Origin: Camelus ferus
Taxonomy: Eukaryota
Direction of reading: 5' to 3'
NCBI RefSeq assembly: GCF_009834535.1
Contig: NC_045696.1
Span: 102,922,001 to 102,986,000 of the forward strand
Length of the DNA: 64,000 bases
The notes under the pieces are model-generated. The model made no database searches, was not told the DNA's origin, and saw nothing but the letters and a program-made list of their open reading frames with translations. The translations under genes were made by a program, and so were the position numbers. How positions within the stretch are numbered: the first letter of the stretch is position 1; each line of letters begins with the position of its first letter. Below, in pieces: positions 50,337-62,630 of this stretch.

Positions 50337-50665
50337 CAGGGGTCAGCCAACAGCCCTCCAGCCAAATCTGGCCCACTGCCTGCTTGCATACTACCTGTGA
50401 ACTAAGAATGCTTTTAGATTTTTGAACAATTTTTTTAAATCGAAAGAATAATAGCTTGTGACATGTGACATTAAGAAATCAAAAATTTAGCACCCATAAA
50501 TAATGTTCATTGGAACACAGCCACGCTCATTTACTTACATACTATCTATGGCTGTTTTTGTGCTGTAAGAGCAGAGCTACGTAGTCGAGACAGAGACCAT
50601 ATGGCCTATAAAGCCTAAAATATTTCTTATATGGTCCCTTACAGACTAAGTTTGTCACTCCCTTG
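50337..50665 (+). mobile_element. MER58B-like hAT-Charlie MITE
   Basis: CAGGGGTCAGC...GCCAAATCTGGCCCACTGCCTG...ATTGGAACACAGCCACGCTCATT...GACAGAGACCATATGGCC...AAGTTTGTCACTCCCTTG. Imperfect 8-bp TSD TTCTAGAC / GTCCAGAC. Confidence 0.88.
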
Positions 50666-51699
50666 GTCCAGACTATTGTTTCTAAGAAAGGTAAAGACTG
50701 CTAGGGCCTAGCCCAGTGCCCGGCCCAAACCGTGTTCAGTAAATATTTGATGAATGAATATGGCATCGACATAAAGAACCTGAGGTGGGGCTCCTCTGTG
50801 CTAAAGAGAGTTGTTCTCAAACAACAGAGAGCCTCTTTCACACAGAGAACAAGAGAGGACTGCTCCCATCTGTGCAGCCCATCTAGGGTCTCTGATATCC
50901 TGTAATTCCAATGGCAGAATCTGAGGCCACAATGAAGTACAGGGAAAGGGCAGATCATAAGGATAAACTAAAGAGGAGTTCTGTGTTAACCAGCAGTAGA
51001 TTTTTAAGGGGAAAAAAATGGCATCACAAAAACACAACCAAAGAGGATTAGTTTGAAGGAAAAAAATGTACAAACAAACAAAAATCCTATGGCCCTAAGC
51101 CTTAGTTCACCACAAGCTTTTTTCTAGATAGGGCTGCTAAAAAGGTCTGCAGAATCTTAAGTTGCATCTGTACAAGTATAAATCCAAATCACAGTAAATA
51201 TTGGGTCTCACTGTTACCTCTGCTGGTTAGAGCACATCCAGAGTACAGAGCCCAACCTAGGGAGCCTCTGTGTATGAGAATATAGTGACAATCTGGTTTC
51301 TAGAGGAGAGCTATCAGCATGGTGATGGGTCTAACCTAGATACCACTTCCAAGGTTAATTGATGGAACTGGAGAATATTTACCATCGAGATAAAATCACA
51401 GCCCTCAATCTGAATTCATTTAATTCATGTAAAACTCTTAGAATACCTTACTAAATACAAGCTTTGATCATCAGTACCATCACCTGAATAATTATCATAT
51501 GAAAGAAGTAAACTTTATTGTCATCCTCTTAGAATAGCTTTGATATCCACAAACAGGTATCAAGTCACTGAATCAGCTGTATCTAAATCATCAAGTAATT
51601 ATCACATTTCAGAAGGCTTTTCTCTCTTTACCTGGAGGTTCCCCTCCCCCAAACTAACCAGTTCTCTGGTTCTAAAGGTGAAGCAAAGACATTTACTGT

Positions 51700-52042
51700 T
51701 CACTGAATAGCCTTGTGCTCCCCCTCACTTCCAAGCAAGCTCATGTGATTAGTTCCAGCCGACCAGCTGTGTAGAAGTGACCTGTGTCCCCCAAGGCCAA
51801 AGCAATTCAGAGCCAGTATGTGATCCAGCTCCTCTCCCCCTGCTGAGACAATCTGTAAGTCCCACGTTAAAACAGCAAAATCACAAAAATCACAGCAGCC
51901 TGGGTCTTTGAGTCACTGCACGCAGAACAGCTGCCCTGGAGCAGAGCCAATGCACACTGACATTTCTGTGAACAAGGAATCAAAGGAAATATCAGGGTTG
52001 ATTTGTTACTGTAACATAGCCTACTCTACCTTGACTCCTACA
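51700..52042 (+). mobile_element. Old MaLR LTR fragment (MLT1J-like)
   Basis: CATGTGATTAGTTCCAGCC...AGAAGTGACCTGTGTC...CAGCCTGGGTCTTTGAGTCACTGC...TTTGTTACTGTAACATAGCCTA...TGACTCCTACA. Confidence 0.7.
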
Positions 52043-53224
52043 GAAAGTCTGAGCAGAAGAAAACCTTGTATTCTGTGATCAACCAAGTTGGGCCATTTAC
52101 AAGGATTCATTCGCTGAATTAAGTAGGGAAATTTTCCAGACCTTCCTCAGACAGGTAATCCGTACAACTTTATTACTTCATTTCAAGTGCATTCACAGAT
52201 TATTACTACATCCTCTCCTATTCAAAGGTAAGGATTGAAAACCAAATCCTCTATGCCACTCACTTAGCAAGAAAACTTAAGATCTTACTGAGACATACAC
52301 TGAGTGATGCCCCTTGAGCAATGTTCACTGAACGATGTAACCCCAGACAAACCGTAGCTGAACATGCTGTTCTTCCATGTGGCTCCTGTCTTGCTTTATG
52401 ACCCTTGGGCTTCATTTTCAGAAGACACGGGTAGCAATGGAGTTACTGCTCCACAGACAAGATGGTAGAGTGCCCCGGGCAAAGCTGGCTCAGTTCTCTT
52501 CTGTTAGCACTCAACAAGTATGCTGTTAATCAGACAGCCTGATTTTGGTGGGGCTTTGAGCACAGAGAGATGCTATCTTCTCCAGCTGGCAGTAAAAATA
52601 TCCAGTAAGATAAGGACTCCATCCTGTGCCCTTTGATAACTTCCTGATTTAAAAACACTGGAAACTCTGGAGCCTGGTCTGGCAAACAGTAGGATATCAA
52701 ATTCCACAGCCCTGGGTTCAAATCTCATCTCAACCAACAGCTGTGTGAGTCAGGCCAAATGACACAGCCTGTCAGAGCCCCAGTTCCCTGTTCCCTCCAC
52801 AAGGCAACTGGGAGGATTACTGGAATGGATGTGGGTGGAAATACTCATTGCACGTTGGACCCTTGCCGCCTCACACTGTGGAATTCTTAAAGTCAATCGG
52901 AATTTCTATTCACTTTATGTTTTACTACAAGAAAAACAACATTCTCGGGTACATTTAAAGAAGAAAAAAACATATATATACACCTTTGGCTTTACTCTTA
53001 GATTAGATGCTGCCTGACAGTCACAAAAATAAATTCTGTTACATAATCTGATCCTCTTCCAATGCAACGACGACGATTTTCCAGTCGTCGCTAGGAAAAT
53101 ATAGCTTGAGTTAAATTTCTTCTCATCTTCCTGAGGCAAATGAACTTTTAAAATTCCTAAGAATTCCCTGTTAACCATACTTCTGATTTCCAATTCTGAT
53201 TATGTAAGTATTTTTACAGCCCAA

Positions 53225-53512
53225 GAAGCTAAAACTCAGCTAAATGTAATGTGGTATCTTAGATGGGATTCTGGAATAGAATTGACTTAAGGTTAAAAAC
53301 TAAGGAAATAACAATAAACCATAGACTATAGTTAATAATAATGTAACAATATTGGTTCATTTACTATAACAAGTGTACCATACCAATATAAGATGTTAAC
53401 AGTAGGGTAAACTGTGTATCAGTGTGGGGGCATGTGGAAATTCTCTGTACTAGCTGCTTACTTTCTCTGTAAATCTAAAACTGTTCCAAAAAAATTAAGT
53501 TTATTAATTTTA
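53225..53512 (+). mobile_element. LINE-1 (L1MC/MD-like) 3' end
   Basis: AAATGTAATGTGGTATCTTAGATGGGATTCTGGAA...CAATATTGGTTCATT...TTCTCTGTAAATCTAAAACTGTTCCAAAA. Confidence 0.8.
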
Positions 53513-53530
53513 AAAAAAAGTCACCATTGT

Positions 53531-53613
53531 GGGGAGGGTAATAGCTCAGTGGTAGCACACACTTAGCATGCAGGAGGTCTTGGGTTCCATCCCCAGTACC
53601 TCCATTTAAAAAG
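53531..53613 (+). mobile_element. vic-1-type SINE, short form, with TSD
   Basis: tRNA-Ala-like head plus A tail. TSD AAAAAAGTCACCA at 53514-53526 and 53614-53626. Confidence 0.92.
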
Positions 53614-54375
53614 AAAAAAGTCACCACAATGAGACACCACTTCACACCAAGATGGCCATAGTTAAAAAGACAGATAATAACAAGTGCTGGTGAGGATATG
53701 GAGAAACCGGAACCTTCATACATTGCTCAGAGGAACACAAAATAGTGCAGTCTGGAATAGAGCAGTTCGGGAAAACAGTCTGGAAGTTCCTCAAAACGTT
53801 AAACATCGAGTCACCTATAACCCAGCAATTCCACCTCCAGGTATACGCCCAAGAGAAATGAAAACATATGTCCCCCCAAAACTTGTTCACGAATGTTCAC
53901 AGCACATTTACTCACAATAGCCAAATGTGCAAACAACTCAAATGTCCATGAGCTGATGACTGAATAAATGTAGATCCACACAATGAACTATTATTCAGCC
54001 ATAGAAAGTGAAGCACTGATGCTACAACATGGATGAAACTTGGAAACGTTATGAAAAGTGAAATAAGCCAGACACAAAAGGCTACATACTGTATGATTCC
54101 ACTTATATGAAATGTCAAGATTATGCAAACCTTAGAGACAGACAGTAGATTTGTCATTGCCTGGGAAGAGATGGAGGATGACTAACAGAATTTGATTTAC
54201 AGGAGGGAGCATTTCTGAATAAAGCATGATCCACCAAATGTTAAAACTGAGGAAATGAGGAGTGAGTGCCAAAAGATACAGGGTAATGGAAATATCTTAA
54301 AAATGGCTTATACTTTAAATGAGTGAATTGTATGCTATGTGAATTATACCTCAATACATACATAAAGCTATTAGT
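53614..54375 (+). mobile_element. LINE-1 (L1MB-like) ORF2 end and 3' UTR
   Basis: ACCACAATGAGACACCACTTCACACC, AACAAGTGCTGGTGAGGATATGGAGAAA, CCCAGCAATTCCAC, GTATGATTCCACTTATATGAAATGTC. Confidence 0.87.
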
Positions 54376-55197
54376 TTAAAAACAACATCATGTGCACCAG
54401 GAATACTGAAGGAACACATTTAATCCTATTCAAAGACCAAGATTTTGACAATGTCTGGTTGATATGAAATCTTTAATTTCCCTGAGAAGTCTTGCTGCTT
54501 GATTTTGTAATACCCTTAGTGTAATGCCTAAGAGCATAACATAATGGGATGAAACTGTGCAGGCACATGGTTTGAATGAGCCTTTTCAGAATAAATGAGA
54601 AACATATATAACAAAAGCCCTCTCGAAAGTGTGCCTGAGATGTGAAAAAGGATGCAAAAAATATTCCCACCAATAGTTAATAATAAATTAACTTACAAAA
54701 ATGAGTACTGTTGTGTACTCATTTTAGTATACTACCTCAGAATTGTCATTTCCTCTGAATTACTAGAAAATTACAGTGTTTTCACTTCTTCCATTATTTG
54801 CTGCCCTAGTTCTATGAGAAATGTAGTATTAACATTGCAGAAATACTTCAATTAAGGTTTAGCCTCCCACAGCACAATATATAGCACTTAGGTAAGATAC
54901 AACTCAGTAAAAATTTAGAAAGTTTAATCTTTTTATCTGAAACATTTCCTGATGTACATTAATAGGAAATATAATAATTTTACAAACCAAATTACTTTGT
55001 TCAAAATGAAAGAGATGAATTGTTTTCCCACATTAATCAAGTCTAATTTCAGGAATCAAGAACTGGATTACTGTTAACATTAGAGAAACTGTAAAACCTA
55101 GGGTAGAATAAAGTTAACTTTTGGTTCTTGTTTCATTTAACTGCAGATAAAACAGGTATCCAAGCCTCTAGCAGATTAGTGCATTAATATACATTCC

Positions 55198-55352
55198 TGG
55201 GGAGGGTACAGTTCAAGTGGTAGAGCACATGCTTAGCATACACAAGGTCCTGGGTTGGATCCCCAGTACCTCCTCTAAAAATAAATAAAGAAGTAAACCT
55301 AATTACTTCCCCCCCCAAAAAATAGCAATATAAATAAATAAATAAATAAATA

Positions 55353-55355
<3 letters not shown>
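55198..55355 (+). mobile_element. vic-1-type SINE with (AAAT)n tail
   Basis: GGGGAGGGTACAGTTCAAGTGGTAGAGCACATGCTTAGCATACACAAGGTCCTGGG...AAACCTAATTACTTCCCCC. Confidence 0.93.

Positions 55356-55389
<34 letters not shown>
55356..55389 (+). repeat. (AT)n microsatellite at the SINE 3' end
   Basis: About 16-17 uninterrupted AT units. Confidence 0.95.
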
Positions 55390-55391
<2 letters not shown>

Positions 55392-57067
55392 TTTAAGCTT
55401 CTCTATAAGCTACCCCCCTACTCACCTCTAATCTGATTTCTTTTAAAATAATAAGAAATACTTCAAGAGGAATATAACCTCAATTTACATGTCAGTTTAT
55501 TTTAGAGGTGAATCAATTTTACATACAAGCATTATCTACATGTAACACATTATTATTACATATCATTATTGAAATCATTTCTGGAATTAGTTTAGAGCAC
55601 ATATGAACTGACAATGAGCCTTATACTTTGAATACAAGCTATGCAGCTATCTCTTGGATAAGGCGGGGGTATCTCTCAAGATTTACTGCCAGTAAAACAC
55701 AGACCTAGGATTAGCAGTCTGAAAATAAGGCACCATGGGTCTTAAGTCTCTACAAGCAAGAAGCTACAAAATATTAAGTGGGTGAGGTGGGGGTGGGTAC
55801 AGGTTCATCCATTCATTCATTCCATTTTTCTTCCATTCATTCAACAATTTATTAAGTGCTTACTTGTATAGTAGGCATTCAAGCAATGGTGATACAAAGT
55901 GAAAAAGATACAGTCCTGTCTTCAAGAAACTCACACTCTACGTGGCCACAGATGGGGCCACAAGAACTTAGAATAAATTTTAGTCATAGAAGATTTTGAT
56001 CCAAAATGTGTATCATATCTTCCCTATTTTATCTTACTTAATCCACAACAACAACAAAAAAAGAACAACAAAATACAAACAACAATAACAACAAAAACCC
56101 AGGTTCAGACAGGCTCAAGGACTTGGAGATTCTCCCACCCACGGAGCCTCTCGGCTGTGCCCTCTAGTCCCCAGAGACAAGCTCCTCTAAACCAGTACTC
56201 AACCAGACACCTCCCAATGTATATAGATAGCTAAAGTGTTCCAGAGACACCACATGGCCACTCACGCTTACCTTTGGAATCATTCAGCACTTGAAGTCCC
56301 TTGAGAGTATTTGTAGGACACCATACTTTCAGCCTTAACTTTTGAATTCCTATCTCTTCCCAGAACAACCCTGAACAAGCAATATAATCACTAGACCGAA
56401 CGATTTATTCATTTTTATCTCATTTTTATAATTTGTCTCTCAGAAATTGAAGTTGGATGGCCTTTTATATGTTACATATTTTTGAAAGACCCAGAAGCCT
56501 TTAATCATGGATTAACTTTTGCAAGTCTGTAAGATGACTGAAATACACATATTGAAATCAGAGCCAGGAAAAAAACATTTTTAGGTGTTTTTCCAAGAGT
56601 ACCACAGTTCCAAGGAACCACAGATCAATGCACAGTAAGAAATGGGAGATTCCTCCTCTTCTGTTGTGTTTGGGGGCTAGGAAGGACCTGGGAGTGAGCA
56701 GAGGTAAGCTTGTGACTCATACTGCCTATAGAATAAAGTCCAAACTCTACAACCTCATACTGAAAAGGTTCCACAATCCTCCCTGAACACCTTTCCAGTC
56801 TTACCTCCCTGTACTTTCCAAAATGAACTGGAGAACTCGGCTCTGGCTGTACTTGCATTTCCCTGTTGCATCTCCATTCTGAGGTTCAGCTTCCCCTTTG
56901 TCCGCAATGCCTCTCTCCCTATTACTCTCCCAGCTGCCCTCTCGGCCTGGTGAGCACCTGGCCACCCTCCACTGCCCAATTCAAATGCCCCCCCTCCATT
57001 ATTTTCTTAAAGTAGACAAATGCTCTTTCTCATCAGATGGTTCACAAAGATAGATAAAACATCAAAA

Positions 57068-57470
57068 GATCATCATTCTACGTGAACTAAGCCAGAAAGA
57101 GAAAGAAAAATACCACTTATATCTAGAATCTAAAAAAATGACACAAATGAACTTATTTACAAAACAGGAAACTAACTCATAGGCATAGAAAACAATCTTG
57201 TGGTTACCAGAGGGGAAAGGAGGTGGGAAGGGATAAATTGGGAGTTCGAGATTTGCAGATACTAACTACTATATATAAGCTAGATTAACAAGTTTCCACT
57301 GTATAGCACAGGGAACTATATTCAATATATTGTAGTAACCTATAATGAAAATGAATATATGAGAACAAATATATAGATGTATATGTATGACTGAAACATT
57401 ATGCTATACACCAGAAATTGACACAGCATTGTAAACTGTACTTCAATTTTTAAAAAATGAAGGAAAAAAA
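57068..57470 (+). mobile_element. Younger LINE-1 3' end, same family as 5388-5903
   Basis: GATCATCATTCTACGTGAACTAAGCCAGAAAGAGAAAGAAAAATACCA...GTATAGCACAGGGAACTATATTCAATA...CCAGAAATTGACACA plus A tail. Confidence 0.9.
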
Positions 57471-58169
57471 AAGAAGATTGCATAAACCATCATCTCTCAA
57501 CCCTGCCCTACTAGCCCTAATTGTTAAAATGGAAAGTGAATCTCTCTCCTCAGTTCTATCACCTTTGGTTTCCATTATTCTCACAGCACTTAGCACCAGC
57601 TGCCCTAGACTGGAGCCATAGATTCGTGTATCTTAAACCTCCTACAAGACTGCACTTTTCTGAGGGTAAGGAAGGAACTTCCTACAATTGTCTATGTCCT
57701 CTGTCTTAGCTCAGAGCTTGCAAGCTATTCCAAAAACACTTATTGAATGAAGTTTAACATTATATTCAGGTACACAAAATAAAATCCAAATATATATTCC
57801 TTGCATATACTAGTCATTCACACTTGGTTTGGATCAATTCCTAACCTCGTCTAGGTGATATTGGCTGTTCAGCTTTCCATGGTTGGAATGTCACAGTGGC
57901 TGAACAGCAGTTATTTAAAACTATGGAATGCAAGAAAAGGGCTGGTTTCCTGGGAGAACTAGGGGGTTGGGGTGGGGGGTGGAGTGGGTAAGGAACTTCC
58001 AGAGGGCAGCAAAGGGCACAAGGCAGCAACCACTTGGTAAAAGACACTAATTTAAAAAGAAAATAACAACAAAACCTGAAACATCCATTTTATGAAGGTA
58101 GGACAGTTAAGTTTTAAAAGAAAACCATTTTTTCTAGCTCTCCTCTCTCAGTTACATGATGCTCTGGTC

Positions 58170-58345
58170 CAGTGGCTCTCAAAGTCCCAGAGCATCAGAC
58201 TCAGCACCACTTGGGAACTTGTTAGAATGAAATTCTCCCGTCCCATCCCAGCCTGAAGAATGAGAAACTTGGAGTTGGGACCCAGCCATCTGTTTTTTCA
58301 CAGGCTCTCCAGCTGATTCTCATGAGTGCTCACGTTGTAAACATA
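58170..58345. mobile_element. MER5A-like MITE
   Basis: CAGTGGCTCTCAAAGT...CAGCACCACTTGGGAACTTGTTAGAATG..ATTCTC...GGGACCCAGCCATCTGTTTT...CTCCAGCTGATTCT. Confidence 0.75.
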
Positions 58346-60249
58346 GGAAAGGACCTGCATTTTCCTGAACAGGCCAGCTCCATCCAGTCCCTATCCTTCC
58401 CACATGGAAGGCTCTTCCCTCTATCGATTCTCTGCAGACTGAACTCATATTTTCCTTTCAAAGCTCAGCTCAAAAGTCCAGACACCTTCCTCAACCCACT
58501 GAACAGAATGAACTGCTCTCCACTTGGGCTCCCCCAAAGCCACATTCTGCTCTTCCTCCTGGTGCTCCCTCATGTCACAGGCTATCCCTGTGTCTGCCTC
58601 CCCCAGCTGACAGAGAACCCGTGAGGACAAGGACCACGCCTCACTCATAGTGCTACCCCCAGCATAGCTCCCTTTCGTCAATCAAATCCCTTCAATTTTG
58701 CAGAGAAGGAAAAAAATTATTCATCTGCAACAAGCCTCTGACTGACAATGAGAAAGATGCTGAGAGGCGTCCAACCCCTCTCTCCACAATGGAGATGAAT
58801 AAATACCCTGTCATGAGAGATCTGAAGTTTAAGTTGTTGAAGGCACCTCAGGGAACAGAGAAATCACTTATGGCTTAGCCATAAACACATTTAGGATTTT
58901 ACAAAAACCAGATCTCAATTTCAGAGAGAAATTATTCTCTCTGGTCAGTAAAAGACTGATGGGAAGGGCACTGTATTTGGGGTAGACTGCCGCTCCGTGA
59001 GGACGGGAACCCCACAACTGTCTTAGCTGTCTATGGTCCCAGTGCTGAGCCCTGACATTCTGACAGATGTTGAAATTAGAAGACACATATGTGAGCTCCA
59101 TCTCTGCCATTTCACAGCCAGGTAACTCAAGCAGGCAAGTCATTCTCAAAGTCATGGCCACTTATCAATGAAAGGCAGTAACGTCAGAACATTATTGTAA
59201 CAATAAATACCTCACCTCCTTACCTTATGGTTTACTAATTGCTTTCACATTCACTATCTTGTTTAATCATCAAACCCGTAGCTGAAGAGAAGGCCTCTCT
59301 TCTCGTGGGGTCAGAAACAGATTCCCAGACTTTGACTTCTCATCTGTGACTCTGATCAGAGGTCAACTGATTTCAGATATCTAAACTTTAATTATCCTAA
59401 GGGGTTCATTTAGATTGACCACTAAACATTCCAGTTTTCTCAGATTACCTTTTTTCCACTGATGGTGACCTTGGGGATTAACTCGGGCTGTTTAAGGATA
59501 CGGAAAGGGATCAGGCAAATTGCTGCTACTGTTTTTCCAAAATTATTTCACATGCATGACAACTTCTGCTAAAAAAACATCACTGAGCTATGTTTCATGG
59601 CTGGCACCTCACTGACCTAATAACACTTCAACTCTGCAAGAACTGGGCCACTCTTGGTAACATCTCTTGGGCCAAGAGTGTCCCAATGAACCTAAATCTG
59701 AGGAGACAGGAAGAAAAAGGGAGAGGAAGAAAAAGGGAGAGTTCACCAGGACAAAATGCTGAGAACGTGTTCAGATGAAAGAATCCAGGAGTCTTTGAGA
59801 GCTTTTGTTTTGTTCCCAATGGTTATAAATACTAACTTGCTATCAAGCTAAAGGTTCAATTATGTACTAATTTATATTGTCTTTCTATCAAATTATTGAT
59901 GAATAGCATTTTAACCCTAAGCAGAGACTCATTTACCAAACCTCAAAATTCTAGTTTGCATCGATTTTTATCTATAAACAGTACACAGTATACATCATCA
60001 AGGACAAAAAAAAAGTGAAATCAATAGAGCCATAAAAGGTGGCATTTAAAGTGACAAAGTGAAATGAGACAAAAAGTCTACTTGTGCCTTTGCTCATTCA
60101 CTGTAAATGAGTCAGTTCTGAACCTGCTTTGTTTTTTGTTTTTTGTTTTTTTCATTTCAACAATGTAATCTAGATTCTGAGTACCTGCTATGGGAAAGAA
60201 GTGTGAATACAGCCAGTACTTTCTAAGGCATTCAAATTTGCTTGTTCAA

Positions 60250-60394
60250 GAGGAGGGTATAGCTCAGTGGTAGAGCACGTGCTTAGCATGCACAAGGTCC
60301 TGGGTTCAATCCCCAGCACCTCCATTAAGAAATAATTAAGTAAACAAACCTAATTACCTCCTCCCCTCCCCGCCAAAAAAGTTCAAAAAACTTT
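60250..60394 (+). mobile_element. vic-1-type SINE, best-preserved copy in the window
   Basis: 72-nt tRNA-Ala(AGC)-like head at 60253-60324; AAACCTAATTACCTCC tail; TSD TTTGCTTGTTCAA at 60237-60249 and 60395-60407. Confidence 0.95.
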
Positions 60395-62409
60395 TTTGCT
60401 TGTTCAACATTAGTTTTAAATCACAGATTGTCATGCATCGCTTTGGATTTTACAATTGTGATCATAGAGACAGGTTTACTCATTTATTCGTGGAGTGCAG
60501 AGGGCCCAACATGGGACCAAGGAGGATGGTCTGGACAAGCCGACCTTGGTCCTAGGTATAATTAACATGACTGACCCTTCCACTCACACTTACCAATGTT
60601 TTAAAATCAAATTTAAGCCAAGTTCTATGCTGACAGCATGGCTAACATCTCTTGTTTCTTGGTTCTCCAACAAACTGAAGGGGTTGTCATTTTTTTTAAA
60701 TGTGTTATTTCCTGGGCTGGATCTTTAAACAATTTATTAAGTTTCTCCATAATAAAGTAATTCTGGTTTCCTCTAGTATTGAGTTTCTCCTGTCAACTAT
60801 TCCCCCAAACCTTTTGTTTTTCAGCAGGAAGGCCCTCCCACAAACCTTCCACCAAGAGATCCATCCTCCTCACTATCAGAAAAAACTCAGCTTCTCACGA
60901 TTTCTTCATGGTTGGCTTGGATTATTTTTGAAGGCATATCTGTGTGCACTGAGTTCCCAAATGTTCTTATAGTTTTTCACAGCACTAAATTGCTCAAAAG
61001 AGCAAAACAAAAATGATAGCTTATTATTATAAAGTCTAAAGTTCCCTTAACAACTGGACTTTATGAACAAAAGACCTGTAACTCCTCTAGAAAGTAAAAT
61101 GCTCTCTGATAAAACAAGTGTTTAAATAGGAGAAAAACTCTCCTAATCAACCCTCCTGCCCTTCCTGTGCCCACAGTAGTACTAAAAAGCAACTTTCTTT
61201 TACAGATGCCATGCTACATGTTTCTTACCAAAAAAAGGCAAGTAGGCACCTTTAGACACAGTAGTATTGAGAAGAAATAAAATGATCCAAGTTGACACAG
61301 CCTCACATCTCATGTGATTTTACAAGTCAGCAAAATTTCCAGCAATCGGCATTGTACAACTGCTTTATAACCAATAAACCTGTAGGCAGCACAAAGGCCT
61401 CTTTCTCTCAGATTTTTATCACTAACCAGAATGAAATGTTGATTTGGATTTCTGGATGTTGAAACAAGCAATGGCCTGAAGTGGCGGCCTTTCCTTTCAT
61501 ATCCAGAGTGCAGGCCCTGAGAAGGCACTGGACCAGCTCAGGAGAAGGTAAGGCAGAAGCAGGAAATGGACCGAGCGCTCAGGCGGCACAAGGAGGGGAA
61601 GAGCGAATGCCCTCGGCTGGCTTCCGTTTTGAGACTCCCCAGGGGGATTAATGAGGTTCATCAGGGAGGGCAGGAGGGGACATTTTCTCACAGCCAACTC
61701 AGCTGGTCAAATCTGAGGCCTGGCAGTCCTGCCTCTAAATCACTTGTTTCTGACCTGGGGCCTTCCCCGAGGGATCAGCACCCACCTGCAACTGCAGCAA
61801 GTCCACACTGACGTCAGAACTCCCTGAGTTTGAAGACCATGAAGGGAAGTGTCCAGGTCTGGGTTCAGCCTGGGGGTTTTGACCACAGTTCAAAGATCTG
61901 AGATCAAGATTAGGGCTAGGACCCTCAGCTACCCCAGAAGCTCCCAGCAGTGCATCCTGCCACCGCAGGGGAAAAAGTCCTTATCAATCCGGTCTCCCTA
62001 GAGTCCTCAGGCTTATACACAAGGTGAGTCTCACCCCCTAGGTCAAGAGTCATCTCCTGGATGACTACCAACTCTCCTCCAGCACCCCAGCTCCACCCCA
62101 CAAAAGACGGTGGGAGCAGGACAGAATTAGCTTTATGGTGCACCCAGAGAAAGAGCTGCTGTCTCCGCCTCCAGGAATGCTTCAAGGGTAAAGGAGAAAA
62201 AGACAAAGTGGAATAATTTTAAAAACAAAACCCAGAAAGATTCATCACTGTTTTGTTTGTTATTAAAGTCTGGCTCACAGAATGTTGGGAGTGTCACCAG
62301 CTAAAATCTGTGGCCATTCTAAGCATCTGCTGGGGTTACCACAGATAAAGCCTTGCATTTTCTTAAGCTATTACGTTATTTGAGCTCTCAGTGCCTGAAG
62401 TCAGTAGGG

Positions 62410-62630
62410 CCCTTCCATCTAAGCTCAGCTCAGCCACTTATATCAACAAGTGACCTCAGAAATGTGCTTTTATCTATGTCTCAGTTTTCTCAGCCGTAAA
62501 ATGGGAATAATAATTGCACCAATCTCATAGGATGGTTTGGAGAGACTTCAACATATTGCTTGTAAAGTGTTCGGTACAGTGTCTGGTCCATGGAAAACAT
62601 TCTATTAATACTAGTTACTAATATTACTAT
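62410..62630 (+). mobile_element. MIR SINE fragment
   Basis: CAGCTCAGCCACTTA...GTGACCTCAG...GTCTCAGTTTTCTCAGCCGTAAAATGGGAATAATAAT...TGTAAAGTG. Confidence 0.75.

Noticed and set aside
60253..60324. Bona fide tRNA-Ala(AGC) gene
   Set aside because: It has the SINE tail, an A-rich end, a 13-bp TSD and acceptor-stem mismatches, so it is called as a SINE.
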